Source: Octopus sinensis | Lineage: Eukaryota | NCBI RefSeq assembly: GCF_006345805.1 | Contig: NC_043023.1 | Coordinates: 17,546,001 to 17,610,000 of the forward strand | Direction: 5' to 3' | Length of the DNA stretch: 64,000 bases | Shown: positions 24,421 to 38,085 of the stretch, in pieces | How positions within the stretch are numbered: the first letter of the stretch is position 1 | Layout of the letters: every line of letters begins with the position of its first letter | Notes under the pieces: generated by a model | The model's database searches: none | What the model was told of the DNA's origin: nothing | The model's input: only the letters and a program-made list of their open reading frames with translations | Program-made: the position numbers and the translations under genes

Positions 24421-24742
24421 GTGTATGTGTGTGTATTCAAGTACAGGACATTGCCAATATTCATCTCTTATACTTAAATGGATGTGAATGTGAGTTTGAG
24501 GACATTTTTTGAAAGGGGATATACCGTCGGCAAGATATACCGCGTGTGTACCGTCGGCAAGTTTTCCTCCGTCCTCCTTCTATGGATCTTTCCTTTTCCT
24601 ATGTTTTGACGAAGAGCTCGCTCGAAGCGTTAGATCCTCCTTCTTCCTTCTTTCCTGAGCGTCCAATAACGCTTTACTCGTTCCACTTCCTCACGTTGTT
24701 GAGTTTTCTCTTTGTGTTTCATGGTGGATTAAATTAAATTGT

Positions 24743-24821
<79 letters not shown>

Positions 24822-24908
24822 TCAAGTACAGGACATTGCCAATATTCATCTCTTATACTTAAATGGATGTGAATGTGAGTTTGAGGACATTTTTTGAAAG
24901 GGGATATA
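24136..24908. repeat. ~390-bp tandem duplication
   Basis: 24136-24523 repeated at 24539-24908, including the same (TA)n(TG)n tract; differences are mostly small indels. Confidence 0.85.
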
Positions 24909-25429
24909 TGGGAGGTTGATAATTGAGGGGAATCATCTACAGCATGCACGTGTCTTGGTCTATGCACAAATATATGCAAGTGTATTAATATATGTGTATA
25001 ATATGTACGGCATTTACCTTTAGATGGAAGCTAAATAACTTTCTTGATTCACCGTTCTAATTGTGTATTTAGAGCTGCATATTTTAGACGATCGTTTTTA
25101 AACATGTCCTTTAATTGTTGCTCTTCTTCCTTGTACTTCTTCGTCTCCTTCTTCTGTTCCCTTCAATTTTAAATCGTCGCCCAAATCATTATCATTAATT
25201 CTATCTTCATTTAGTTCATCGTTATCCTGACCACAATCTTCATGATTCCTTCAATATTTCTTCTAAATTTTTATCCGGCACAATTTCTTCTTCTTCTTCT
25301 TCTTCTTCTTCTTCTTCTTCTTCTTCTTTTTCTTCTTCTTCTTTCTTCTTCTTCTTCTTCTTCTTCTTTTCTTCTTCTTCTTTCTTATCTTCTTCTTCTT
25401 CTTCTTCTTCTTCTTCTTTCTTATCGTTA

Positions 25430-25497
<68 letters not shown>

Positions 25498-26248
25498 CAG
25501 CGCTTCTGCAATTCATTCTGACAGTAACTTCCACATTAACGGGAGGCAGGAAATTCGTCTGCATTTCCCTTTGATGCATCCTTCAGGCACAACACCCTTC
25601 TTCTTCTTCTTCTTAGCCAGCCTGGGATTTATTCTTTTCCATTAATCAATGCATTTAATTGCTCTCCGTTCAATTTACGGCAACTACTGAACTATTGTAA
25701 CTAAAATCCCTGTACACCATCAGGCTTTGATGCTTTCCTATTGCATATATTTTTACTCATATTTCTAATAATGTCTTCTATGAAGTGAGTGGCCTCTTGC
25801 TGAGGATAAGCTGTTTACTTCAGGTTGCAGAGTCATTCAGCTGTAGTATTATGCTATACATGCTTACACCATACCTTATCCCAGAAAAGTCGAATTTTAT
25901 CAGCATCAGGGACTAATCTTGTACGTTTTTTATCGTCATTATTCTCTGGTCAAAATCTTTTTTTGGTCACTTCTAAATAATTTGTTTGGCTGGTATTGCT
26001 TAATCCATTATTCAAACCTATTCAAAACTTTGCTTATTTTGCATCTATGGGCTGCTTCAGTTCTTCAATTCCATTCTTCCTAACGTTTTCGAATTTCCAT
26101 TCATATTTAAGTTTTCCATTTCTTTTCAATGTCAATTATTGACGCTACTCTGCTCACAGAGTTTATATCATCAGAAATGTCTTTCCCTCCACTACCAAAT
26201 ATGGTTGAGAATGAGAGGAAGAATAGCAGCAGCAACAACACCACCACC

Positions 26249-26281
<33 letters not shown>

Positions 26282-26399
26282 GCATCAACACAATGAACAA
26301 CGATGGAAACATGAAGGCGGAGGAGAACACTAACACCGCTACCATTACTACCGCCAGGAGGACCAACCAGAGTAACAACAATAAGAAGGAAAGTGAAGA

Positions 26400-29115
26400 G
26401 GAAACGTGAAACACTAGTAAAGTTGGACACTGCCACCATTTCCGTGTCAAACAGAGGAGAAAAAAATTATTAAAGCAACAACATTGTTTGCTTCTATTTA
26501 TTTCCGTGTTAGAATGGAATGGGAGGTGGAACTGCTGTGTTGCCTCGGAGAATTTGGATCTCGAGATAAACACTATCTTCCTTGACTCAGACGGAAAGTT
26601 AGTCGTCCAGGATGTGATGAGGAGTGACAGGGGTGGCTTCACGCTGGTGGCTGTCTATCCTCCTACAGGAACATGGCACCCGGACTACTTCAAACTCCTG
26701 GAAGTTGTTTTCTCAGAACGTTTCGTCCTTTAGAGCTTATGGGCAACTGGAACGCTGTCTTACAGTCACGTTTGGACCGTTTAGAGCTAGCGGATAGAGT
26801 AGGTGGGTGCAAAAGTCTCGCAAAACAGGTCAGAAGTTTTCAACTGTCTGACAAGTACCGGCTGGATTTCCAGAACGCACCAGTATGGACTTGGGCTAAC
26901 CGCAGTGGGTCATCCAGGTCGTATTTAGATACAATTCCAGTAGGCCAGTGGACAGAAATAGTATAAGTTGACTAATTTTCAAAATCGTCACCTACACATA
27001 CCACACATTTGTGATCTGGGCAGGGATCCAGTTACTGCAATCTGGACGCCTCACTCCTGGTGTGCTCAGCTGACTGAGACCACATTACTAAATTAGGTAA
27101 GCGTGTACTAACAGGGTCAATACATAACGATAAATGGGGGTACGCTCTAAAAGGGCAATTGGAATAGAATCGATTATGTTTAGGAAGGGACTCGCGAATT
27201 AAAGCCGCTCGATGGGAACGACTTACAGAGGCTCAACGCAGAAACAGATCCACAATTCAGTCTTTGGTGGATCCAGGTGACCGAACGATACTCGAGCCCA
27301 AGCGGATGTGTGCCGGATTCAATCAGCAGGGATCCGGTTACTGGAATCTGAATGCGTCACACCGGGATGTGATAATGGGCTGCATGGCAGGCAAATCGCT
27401 TGATTTGGATAGTCTGCGTATTGGGCTTTACTATTATATGCCAGATTTGTTTGGCGAATTCTTAGCAGACTTCTACCGCCACTGACAGCAGAATGGAGAA
27501 AGCCGAGTTCTATGAGCCGAGGAATTGGAGAACTTTCAAGAAAGAACTCTAAGAAGAGGGATCGAATAGAAACTTTTCGGCCGGTAACTCTGCTGAACGC
27601 GGACTTCAAAATTTTGGCCAAGGTACTTGCGCAATCCCAATCAGATCCATCCACAACAATATCCACCTCATGAGACATATCATAGACAGTGTTGTTAATG
27701 AAGCTGGCATGAGTGGGACGTTGAACAGTTTAGATCAGCCTAAAGCATTTGTTAGGATCGCAGCAATGTACCGTGGTATCTCGTCGTAGTTTGGGTGAAT
27801 CATTACATTTTGGAACCATTCAACATCAGGAGATCGGCCCGTCAAAGCTATCCTCTCTCGCCTCTCCAGCAGATGATCAGTCTAACGCTATTAGAGCGAA
27901 ATTAGAGGTGGTGAGAGGTATCCCGCCCAAACTGAGACATGGAAGAACCGTGTCGGCATATGCAAACGACTTCACCGCCATAGGTTCAACGCTAAACATT
28001 CGGACCTGGTTGACACCTTTCTAAAAGAACTCGATGATGTGACATGAGCAACAATTAACTTGAAGTTAGTGGGCCTGCAACTCGGCGCTGGGAGAGACAG
28101 ATCTATGACTTCCAATAGCATTGTGGGACGCTGGACGGAATAACCTGTTAAATTGATCGGCGCCTGGCTCGGTCCTGAAATCCAGATGAAGAAAATGGAC
28201 GAGAGAGCGAGAAGGCTATCCCTGAAAGGTCGGGTGGAGTTTGCAAATGCATCCATCGAATTCGTCATCTACTACCGCCTCAAGACTGACCAATCTTCAG
28301 CGCCTAGTGTTCCGCTTTCTGTGGAAGGAATGTAATCCGCTGGTCAGGAGCTCCATTTGCTGTCAACACCCGCTAGCTTGCAGCAACTCCAGCGATTCTT
28401 AGAAGGTTACCAAGTGTTGTCGCCGTTTGTCAGAAGCGTTTTCTCACTACTTTTCCTTTTCACTGATCAAGCTTAGACCGAGGAAGGGAGACGGCCACCT
28501 ATAGTGTCGTCATGCGCCCACACTCCTGTGTCAGTCAGGCAATGCGGTCGTGGAAATTCCGTTATGGCGTCCTATAGAGGGTTAATGGCGGGTAAGTACG
28601 ACGATGTTCTCATGGAGTCACTTGGCGTCGACAAGAACGTGTTGGCTGGTCTGTTCCGGACAACTTTCGGGCCAAGGACTATGCATAATTTCTAGAAAAC
28701 CTTTTGGCTGGAAGTGATACCGTAGGGCACTGCTCGTTCGAGGTAAACTCTAGAAACAGAAGAACATTCATCCCGGCATACCCAGATACGCAGAGAGCGA
28801 CGAAATTGTTCTTCTCACTCACTTTTAGTGCCCTTATTTTTCTGAATTGCGGGTTTATGTCGAATATCTGCTGTCGCGTGGAAGACGAATCCAGATATCG
28901 ACTCAGTCCATTGTGAGGATAGTTTCGCTGCCTTTCTTCGCACCGAAATAGCAGGGTGTTTTTCGTTGCCTGGTATATTTATTGAAAGACGTTGTATGGT
29001 GGACCAGGTTGAAAGGGCTGAAGACAGATGTGAGTGTCACTGTTGATGTCACTTGTGCAACTAACATTTGGAAACTGTGAATAGGATGCAAGCTTCGAGT
29101 ACTTGTAGGTAACAT
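26400..29115 (+). mobile_element. Decayed L1/Tx1-type LINE ORF2 (APE endonuclease + RT)
   Basis: GKLVVQDV, LVAVYPP, MGNWNAVL, WTWANRSGSSRSYLD, FRPVTLLNADFKILAKVLA, SAYANDFT and LSLKGRV motifs with many frameshifts. Confidence 0.85.
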
Positions 29116-29314
29116 ATGTTTTCTCCTCCTCCTCCTCTAAATGTTATTACCCAACTTTCTAGGCTCTTCTCACAGATATCCAGCGTTCAAACTTTATAAA
29201 GGTATTTTTTTTAATCCTTCAATAAGTAATGATTTCACTTTATGATTATTCTTTCTTGTCAATCATTATCATCATCACCATCATCATTATCAACATCACC
29301 ATCATCATCATCAT

Positions 29315-29353
<39 letters not shown>

Positions 29354-29693
29354 AATCATCCTTATCGTCATTTTCACTTCTCTTTGATCTTACTTCTCAT
29401 ATTCTTCATTCTGTTCTTTCCTTATTTCATCCCATTTCTAGCGTTTGTATTATAGGCATTCGACTTCCTCTCTCTACTCCTTTTGCTTCTGTTTTGCATT
29501 TTGATGTTGCTTATCTTCCTCTGATCTCCTCCCCATCCAGACACCTCGTTCCTTCTGTCTCTTCCTTCTCTTCTTTGTATTCTCCTTCACCCTGGAAAAC
29601 TTTCTCCCACTCGTTTCCTCTTTATTCATTCTCTCCCAAATTTCACATAATTTTTCTACACTTGTTTTATACTTTCAATTCTTCATGTTACAG

Positions 29694-29765
29694 ATATTTG
29701 CAAAATAATGAAATCAGAGAGATTGAAGTAAGAGCCTTCCATGACCTTCCCAGATTAACAAATCT
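29694..29765 (+). CDS. LRR exon (72 nt, phase 2-2)
   Basis: GTTACAG|A TAT TTG...AAT CT|GTAAGT; YLQNNEIREIEVRAFHDLPRLTNL. Confidence 0.9.
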
Positions 29766-29970
29766 GTAAGTAGAATGCGTCTTGATGATAATATTTCATT
29801 TGTAATCATCAACATTTTCATCACTAGTATCATCATCAGTGACACGAAATTCGTAGAATTGATCATCATCGTGATCTGAAATCTTTTGCTTTCATCATCT
29901 AATTGCTCTGACAAATTCTGTCACAAATATATCCTATGCATTTGCTCATCAGCTCAGTTTTATGTTTCAG

Positions 29971-30007
29971 ATACTTGCGGTATAATGATATGAAAGAAAT
30001 CAAAGGA
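29971..30007 (+). pseudogene. 5' half of an LRR exon (3' half and donor deleted)
   Basis: TATGTTTCAG|A TAC TTG = YLRYNDMKEIKG, then a duplicated AATCAAAGGATTGA and a jump into paralogous intron sequence. Confidence 0.7.
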
Positions 30008-30729
30008 TTGATTAAAAATAATCAAAGGATTGAATAAAATTTCGTGACATATTTCTTAATATGTAATATCTTCCCCCGACCCCCTTTATTCTGAATTGTT
30101 TCTCCTTTTAATTTCTTCACCATTACTGAAGTTTTTCACTTTAGTCTTCATATTCTTCGTTCTCTGCTGCGACTTCATTCCATTCTACTTCTAGCATTTC
30201 TGTTTTTGCTTTTTATGTCTCCCTTCTATGCCTTTTGCTCTCGATGGGAAAATGTTAGTGGAAACTTATTTTTGCATACATATATGACTGTGTGAATGTG
30301 TATGGATGAGTGGAAGGGAGTGTATCAAAATGTATGTATATTTCGGCGTGTATATCATGTACGGTGCTTCCGTCGCCATAGCCACTAATTACTATCATCG
30401 ACTCTTCTTCTCCTTCCACATCTATTTCATCTTCTCTTTCTTCTTCTTCTTCTTCTTCTTCTTCTTCTTCTTCTTCTTCTTCTTTTCTTCTTCTTCTTCT
30501 TCTTCTCCTTCTTCTTCTTCTTCTTCTTCTTCTTCTTCTTCTTCTTTTTCTTTTTCTTTTCTTCTTCTTCTTCTTCTTCTTCTTCTTCTTCTTTTTCTTC
30601 CTCTTATTATTATTATTATTATTATTATGATTCTTTCTTCTATTTATTAATCGCCTTTTAATTTCAAGCTTTTCCTTATTTCATTTTACTTTCACGTCTT
30701 TCAATTCTCCAAGACTTTTCCTGCTCTCA

Positions 30730-31570
30730 TGAATAATCATGAATGAATTGGCGAAGATGAAATTCTATGTTTTAACATAGCTCAGGATTGGCAGCTCATG
30801 AAACATTGGAATAAAGTCCAAACGGAAGGTTTTAAAGTTATATTTGAAAGATTGAGGAAGAATTCTGGCCAAACCCCTGGATTTTAGGCATCATGAGTTA
30901 CTCCTTGTTTGACAAAGACTTTATCAACCCTTTTCCTGCCTTACCACAATATTTCTTATGGAAATTCTCATCAATGTCCTATTCCCACGTCCAGGTAAGT
31001 GCGGGGCTACTCACGAGCTTATTTTATGATCAGTTCATGCCAGATGCTCAAACCAGGTGATGAATGAGGCTAAGTGTTCTTATCCTAAAACCTTTTCGCA
31101 AACTCATCCATGGGAAACATTTGTCTCACTACACTTGTGTGACAAGGAACATCCTCTTACCATCAGAGATCATGCAGTTGAAAATTATCACTTAGACACT
31201 TTTGGTTTTCTCGAGAGCTGAAGCCAGACCTCAGCTGTCGCGTCAGTTTGTGCGCACATCTTGGGTGAATATCTTCTCACTCGAAGGTTGTGTTTCACTT
31301 TGTCGCAGATGAACTTCGCCCTCTCCAATCTTCTAAACTTTTCTCCTGGAGTATCAAAACTCCTCACAAGTTTCATATGCAATTTTGTTTTCACGTCTTC
31401 TATCACCAGATGCCAATAATCTTATGGATTGATTTGGATCTCTTCAGCTCCAGATTGAAATGATCCTTCTTGAGGTTATGACCTCCTTATGTAGCTTTCC
31501 TCTCCACTATTCCATCATTCTCAAACGTACACACAATTGTCTTGATAATTATTGAATGGACTTTGAAGAT
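30730..31570 (-). mobile_element. Possible decayed Tc1-like transposon
   Basis: Weak transposase-like remnants on the minus strand; no clear TIRs. Confidence 0.3.
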
Positions 31571-32379
31571 GGAATCTAGAGAATGAATTTCGGTACCATT
31601 ACTGAAGGACTGAATGATCTTAACCCACTCAACCTTGCTCAGTTGGGTGTGGCTGACACAAAACTATTTCATTCTGTTACCTTTCTAGCTAAATATCTCA
31701 AATGGTATTTCAACCATTCTTATAAAAACGTGTGTCAGTATGTCCAGCCAGCTTATGTGCAAAACATGTAACAAAAAGCAAAAAGTGTGTTAGTTTAAAA
31801 TTTTTCAAGAGTGTTTGAGTATGGCAGATTTGCTGTTACATATGTCTAAGTATATGTGCGAGTGTGTGTGAATGTATCAAATCTTAACCTATTCTCCATC
31901 ATCATCATTAGAAACTTCACTAGCACAAACGTCAACATGAAAATCATTATCTTCATAATTATCCTCATTAGAATCATTATCACAATCAGCACCAGCAACA
32001 TTTTCTTCAACACTACCACATTCTTCCTGACTCAAAACTATGTACGACGACGACGTCTGGCACCACCACCCCTCTTCCTCCTCTTCCTCCCCTTCACCAA
32101 CACCACCTTGTGAAAAGAAGCTGCGAAAAAGCGAAACCGAATCAGATGAAAATATAAAAACGAACACTAGTGACTTCTACAGATTTCAAAAGTATTTACC
32201 TTAGTGCGCTACAGCCTATGGCCAGGAGGATAAGCGAAATACTCAATTAACAATTCGCAAATGCTTTCAATTCCTCATTAGAAAATATGCAAATAAGCAA
32301 GCTTGATAAGTTCCTACAGAAAAGAAAGAAAACATCTGTTATTTCGATGTGAACTTAGTCACGGCTCTAATGGTTTTCT

Positions 32380-32730
32380 AGGAATACTTTTAAAGATTTG
32401 CAAGAAAGCCCTTCCAGAACTACTGCAGATACTTTTCCAGAGCTTCCGTACATTTGGGCAACCATTCCAAAGTGTTAGAAGAGGTTATATTGATTAAGAA
32501 GGAAGTAGAGAAAACTCTAAATATTACTGGTATAATTCTCTGATCTCACATATTAGGTAAGTTATGAGACTCGTTGTCGGAAAGTAGTTGATTACATTTC
32601 GAGAACAAAACCTATTCACTAACATACAGAATGGCTTCTGTCCAGGAAGGAGTTGTCTTACTCAGCAGCTACAGCAATGTGACTGGGTACTGAAACATCA
32701 GGTGAACTTTTCAAATATGGATGATATCTG
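32380..32730 (+). mobile_element. CR1-like RT fragment
   Basis: ILLKICKKAL...LFQSF and LFTNIQNGFCPGRSCLTQ motifs. Confidence 0.6.
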
Positions 32731-33289
32731 GGCATCAATATTCCAACATCAGCCATCTTTAACCAGTCTGCAATTAACATGTTAATGATTTTAATTTGTT
32801 GTGAAGTGTTTCAATGTGCGTAGATTTGTAATATTAACAGATTTTTATTGCAGTCAGAACCTTGTGGGCGTGACCAAATATATATTATATCATGATTGCC
32901 AGAGTAGAGGCTTCATTATTACGTTAAGAGTTTTGGAAGAACATCTGTTAATGAAACAATGTGGACATTAGTTAGTTCTATATGATACTTACTTTTGCCA
33001 TTAACCGAATGCCACAAAGTTTTTGACCATTTTTGACCAATAGCAGTACTGTGTATTGTATAACTAGAATTTAATTTGAAAATACTTTTTTAGTATGCTG
33101 GCATCCGGAATCAGTAAATGTATCATGTTTAACTAGTGTACTTTACGGGTAATTCATGATACTACATAGTATTTTGCACATTTTCCAATTTTCTAGAATT
33201 TAGATAAGATTTTAAAGTATTATTTCCCGTGAAGTAGAATTGAAGTGTCTATGGACTGATACTATTAAGTATCAAATTTGTAGTAAGGT

Positions 33290-34676
33290 ATACGGTAAAA
33301 TTTGACAGCTGCTCGTTTTGCGCCATTATTATATTTTGACAACCATTATTTTTTTTAGAAAGCTGATACATCTAGTTCTTTATTCTTTGCACTTTATAAA
33401 GTATTTATTAATCGATATTTGCTATTTTTGTTTAAGAATCGATAAGTCAGAAATTTGTACAGTTTTGAAATATGAGTTCTCTCACTGACAGCTCGGAATA
33501 TTAATGGGGAATTTCATTCTAATGTTATTACACAGCATACAGTATCAAATTGGTTTGCAAAATTTAGTTCTGGTAATTTTGATCTCACAAATGAGCAATG
33601 CGGTCGACCAGAAACAAAGTTGGATAATGTCGAACTGAAAGCAACCGTCGAGTCTGATCCATCTCAAAGTGCCTGTGAATTATCGTTGTTGTTTCGTGTT
33701 AGCAAGCAATTTTGGCTCTCCTAGTTCAAATCGGTAAAGTGAAAACGTTGGATAAGTGGCTTCGACATGTATTCAATGAAAATCAGAAATAGCAACGTTT
33801 GGAAGCCTACATTATGCTAGTTTCTCGTCGCAAAAATGAATTATTTTTGTATCGTATTATAATGTGATGAGAAATCGATCCAATGCCTCAACTGTAGAGG
33901 TTAACCACAATGACTGGACGAAGATGAGCCAACAAAACAGAGTCCAAAACGCAAAAGAAGCTGATGGTGTGTGTTTGGTGGTCTGGTCCAGGTGTGATCC
34001 GTTATGGTTTCATTACTCCTGGCTCATTAATCTCAGCCGAAGTACACTGCAGCCAGCTGGAACAAATGATGCAGAAAAGTACAAAAAACAACCTAGATTA
34101 GTCAACAGGGTCCCTTGCCAACAAAACAGAGTCCAAAACGCACAAGAGCTGATGGTTGTGTGGTTTGGTGGTCTGGTCAGGTGTGATCCGTTATGGTTTC
34201 ATTACTCCTGGCTCATTAATCTCAGCCGAAGTACACTGCAGCCAGCTGGAACAAATGATGCAGAAAAGTACAAAAAACAACCTAGATTAGTCAACAGGTC
34301 CCTTCTATTTTACTGCAAGACAACGCCGGATCACACAACGGAAAAATAACTTTGGCGAAACTACAGGTTTTCGAGTTGGACGCTCTCTTTCATCTACCTA
34401 CACACCCGATATTGCCCCCACTGAATACCACATCTTTCAGAATTTCACTAACTTTCTGTTAGGAAAAAAAACTTAATTGCGATGATACTGTAAAATAAGC
34501 CTTCCAGGAATTTATTGTTTCTAGACTGCCAGGCTTTTACAGTTCCGGTCCGCACAGGCTACCGCTGAAATGGCAAAAGTGTATTGAAAATATGGGTGCA
34601 TACATTGAAGAATAAAACTATTCCATGTATTTACAAAACATTGGTTTTTAATAATTTTCATACTTGACGACCTAAT
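33290..34676 (+). mobile_element. Mariner element, pseudogenised transposase, with an internal ~189-bp tandem duplication (33928-34116 / 34117-~34304)
   Basis: WFAKFSSGNFDL...GRP, LLQDNA and PDIAPTEYHIF motifs; terminus ...GACGACCTAATA. Confidence 0.85.
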
Positions 34677-35178
34677 ATAAAAGATATATATGTTTTTCAA
34701 AACAGTTTAGAGACAAACATTAATTCCTACATATATTTTGAATATGTTTCTTAAAGTTGTGAATTGGTGTTAAGATAAGTGTTTTAATTATTCATGATTA
34801 ATTTTTGCAATTTCGTCATTATATTGCTCCTGGAATATATAATATTTGTACATTCGATGAGAATGTGATGTAAAACCAACATCGTGCAGAAAACAATGTC
34901 TGATGGTCTATTCTTATAGGTTATCTTATAGCTTATTTTCGTCCATCTTTTGATATTCGGTTATCACAGAAACCTTCTCTTCCCTCAGGATATCTAAGTG
35001 AGATTAATGGAAACTTACTCTTGTCCAAACTATAGGCAGAAAACTCATAGATAAATAAATATCTTTGCAGTAAACATGAGCTTTTATTTGCTTAGTTTAG
35101 ACAGTATATTAACAGTAGAAAACAGACTTGTTAATTGTACATATTCTAACTTATAGAATACTTATTTCTTTTTTCCAG

Positions 35179-35250
35179 ATATTTGAGCAACAACCAAATA
35201 CAAAACTATGAGGATGGCGCGTTCTTATTCCTTCCCAGTATTAATTACAT
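35179..35250 (+). CDS. Last LRR exon (72 nt, phase 2-2)
   Basis: TTTTCCAG|A TAT TTG...TAC AT|GTATGT; YLSNNQIQNYEDGAFLFLPSINY(I). Confidence 0.9.
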
Positions 35251-35539
35251 GTATGTACAACAATTCTTTCTTTATTGGAAAACCAAAAGTCTTTGTAAAC
35301 CCATGAATAGATGCCATCAGACTAAACTCATGAAAACATGTCATCAGACTAAAATCATAAAAAATGATATCATCAAATTCACAGTTGTTTAATTCAGTTG
35401 ACAATAAATAGCAATGTTTTGGTTTTAATTTTAATGTGGCACCATGAATATTTCTGAGTATTGTGTTTTGTCATTGCAACGTCAGTGTTCAAACAACATG
35501 AAGATTGGTTTGATATAGTTTCATCCATGTTCGGAAATA

Positions 35540-36457
35540 CGAGCTGTATTCAAAAGGCGTCCAATATTTGGGTACACAAGCATCCAACCTTAGTCCATTT
35601 CATAAATTTTATTTAATCTTCTTCAAAATACTCCTCTTGGGATTTCACTCACTTGTCCTAAGTTTTGTCATCGTTTCTATCATTTCTGGAACACCTTCTT
35701 GAGAGTGTTATGCAGCTCTGCTGTCCTCTCTCCACTCGGATCGCTTCTCTTTCAGCGTCGTTTTTACTTTTGGAAAGAGCCAGAAGTCACATGGTGCCAT
35801 GTGGGGAGATTTGGGAGCCTATCGAAAAAGGGGTCTGTTACTATTGATCATGAAAGCTTGGATTACGAAGTGCATTCAAAATGTATCTGAATTTATTTTT
35901 TCGCTGATATTCTCTGCATGCACAAATCCTCCGTTAAAATATAATACACTGATCCTCTGCTTATTTCAACTTCGTGAATAATTCCCTGGATTGTTACATT
36001 ACGATCTTCGATGACTAATTACCGATGCTTCTCAATCAGCTCCTCGTTTCGCCTTCTTTATGGCCTGCCTCAGCGTGCTTCACTCGCCTCTGAGGTTCGG
36101 CCATGTTTGAAGTGGTTGTACCACTCTTTGTTCTACGTTTTTCCCATGGCATCATTAATAAGAGCCTGCCGAATCTTCTCGTTGGTGTCAGTTTGAGTAA
36201 CACTCAGCCTTCTTCGAAACTAAATGCAATATCTCTGCTCGATGTACCCCTAACACCCGGAGACTGGTGCAGCCTACTGGCGTGGTACACTGATGCGTCA
36301 TACCGGCGTGGTATACCAAGGCGTCAGGCTGGCGCGGCATATTAGCGAGGAAAGTTCCAGGCATATGCAGGAAGGATGGCGTCACATACCACCTAAAGGA
36401 TTTTGCCCACGCAGCATTAGTTTTGGCGAAAAAATCATACATTTTGGATACATTTCG
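35540..36457 (-). mobile_element. Internally deleted mariner-family element
   Basis: TA|CGAGCTGTATTCAAAA...TTTTGGATACATTTCG|TA imperfect TIRs; transposase remnants on the minus strand. Confidence 0.65.
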
Positions 36458-36502
36458 TACATATAATAATTTGAAGCTGGTTCAGAAGTATACAATACAA
36501 TG

Positions 36503-36535
<33 letters not shown>

Positions 36536-36975
36536 TTTAGGAGATTCAAAAGCTGGAGAATAGCTGTGAAAAGGTTAGAAGTTTGAGTGAAAATACCCTT
36601 TCAAGACGAGGAAAAGAAGCACAGTCAGCAGATTCAAACTGCACAATTCAAATTATACATGAGCAGTCAGTACTATTGAGCTAAATGATCACTGACACTA
36701 AACGGTGCCTTTAACAAGCTTAAATTTTAACGTTTGGAATTTGGAAGCATTTTTCATAAACAAACATCAAAGTTTTGAGTGTGTTCGATTCTATATATAT
36801 ATATATATACATACATATATGCTGAATCCCTCTTCGGTCATGACTGTCCATGGGATTGCACCTAGAATGTTACCCTCCCAGGGCAAGTCTGGGAGGCCAA
36901 GATTATTTATGTGTATATATATATATATATATAAATATATGTATATATATGCATATATATATATGTATATATATG

Positions 36976-37031
<56 letters not shown>

Positions 37032-38036
37032 ATGTATACTTATATGTATATATATATACATGCATAGATATATATATACATATATACATATATGTATATA
37101 TACATATACACACATATATATATACTTAACAATTCATAGGTTGCTGGCTAGGTGGGTGGATGTTTGTCTACTAGCTTGTTAGTCGCTTGCTAGCTGGCTG
37201 GTTGGTTGGTTGGTAACTATAGGGAAAGAGAATTACCAAGAGTTCCACGCTCTGGAAACAAATTCAAAATAACAGTTACAAAATCCTTAACCACACAGCC
37301 TTACTTGCGTCCACATATATTTTGTTTGGAATACTGAAACTTTAAATAGACGAAGCGAATGGTAGGTTGTGTTTTATGTCTACGGAACTGGGTTGATGTC
37401 CCACGATAAACATTGGTATTTTTTGTATCGAAAATCGTTTTTAACCCAATGTTCCAAATTTGAAGTAGGAAAAGATTCAGAAAGAAATATTTAGTCAATG
37501 CCCTCATCTAAGACATTTCCTACTTCAAACTTGGAATTCTCCATTCGTTGAATTGTCCTACCACAGTTCCTTCGAATATCGTCAAGAGCAAAGACGATGT
37601 ATGGAAACAACACAATCATGCTAATCCAGTCCTGCCCCCAGCATCGATAATTTATTTCTTCTTTACAAAACCAAGTAACCGTTGCGTATTTCTTCCTCCA
37701 GTTTCCAGAGAGGTTATGCGTCTTCAGCCATTTGACACGGACGAGTTGACATTGCTGCTAATCGCTTTGTAGGTGCGAAATTAATGGTGCTTCTCTTCCG
37801 TATACATGTACTTCAGACGATATATATATATATATATAAATTAAATTAGAGGTAAAACCACTATTAGGCAAATAAAACAATGAAAAACATAAACCAAAAC
37901 ATAAAAATATATATACAAAATATATAAAATTTAAAAATTTAAATTATTTAAATTTAAAATTGAGATTATTAATTTATTTATTTATCTTTTTATTTATTTA
38001 ATTATTTTTATATTAAATATATATAACTATCAAAAA

Positions 38037-38085
<49 letters not shown>

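Noticed and set aside
37260-37810. Complex sequence with short ORFs on both strands
   Set aside because: Stops in the plausible frames and no identifiable motif; probably a decayed repeat.
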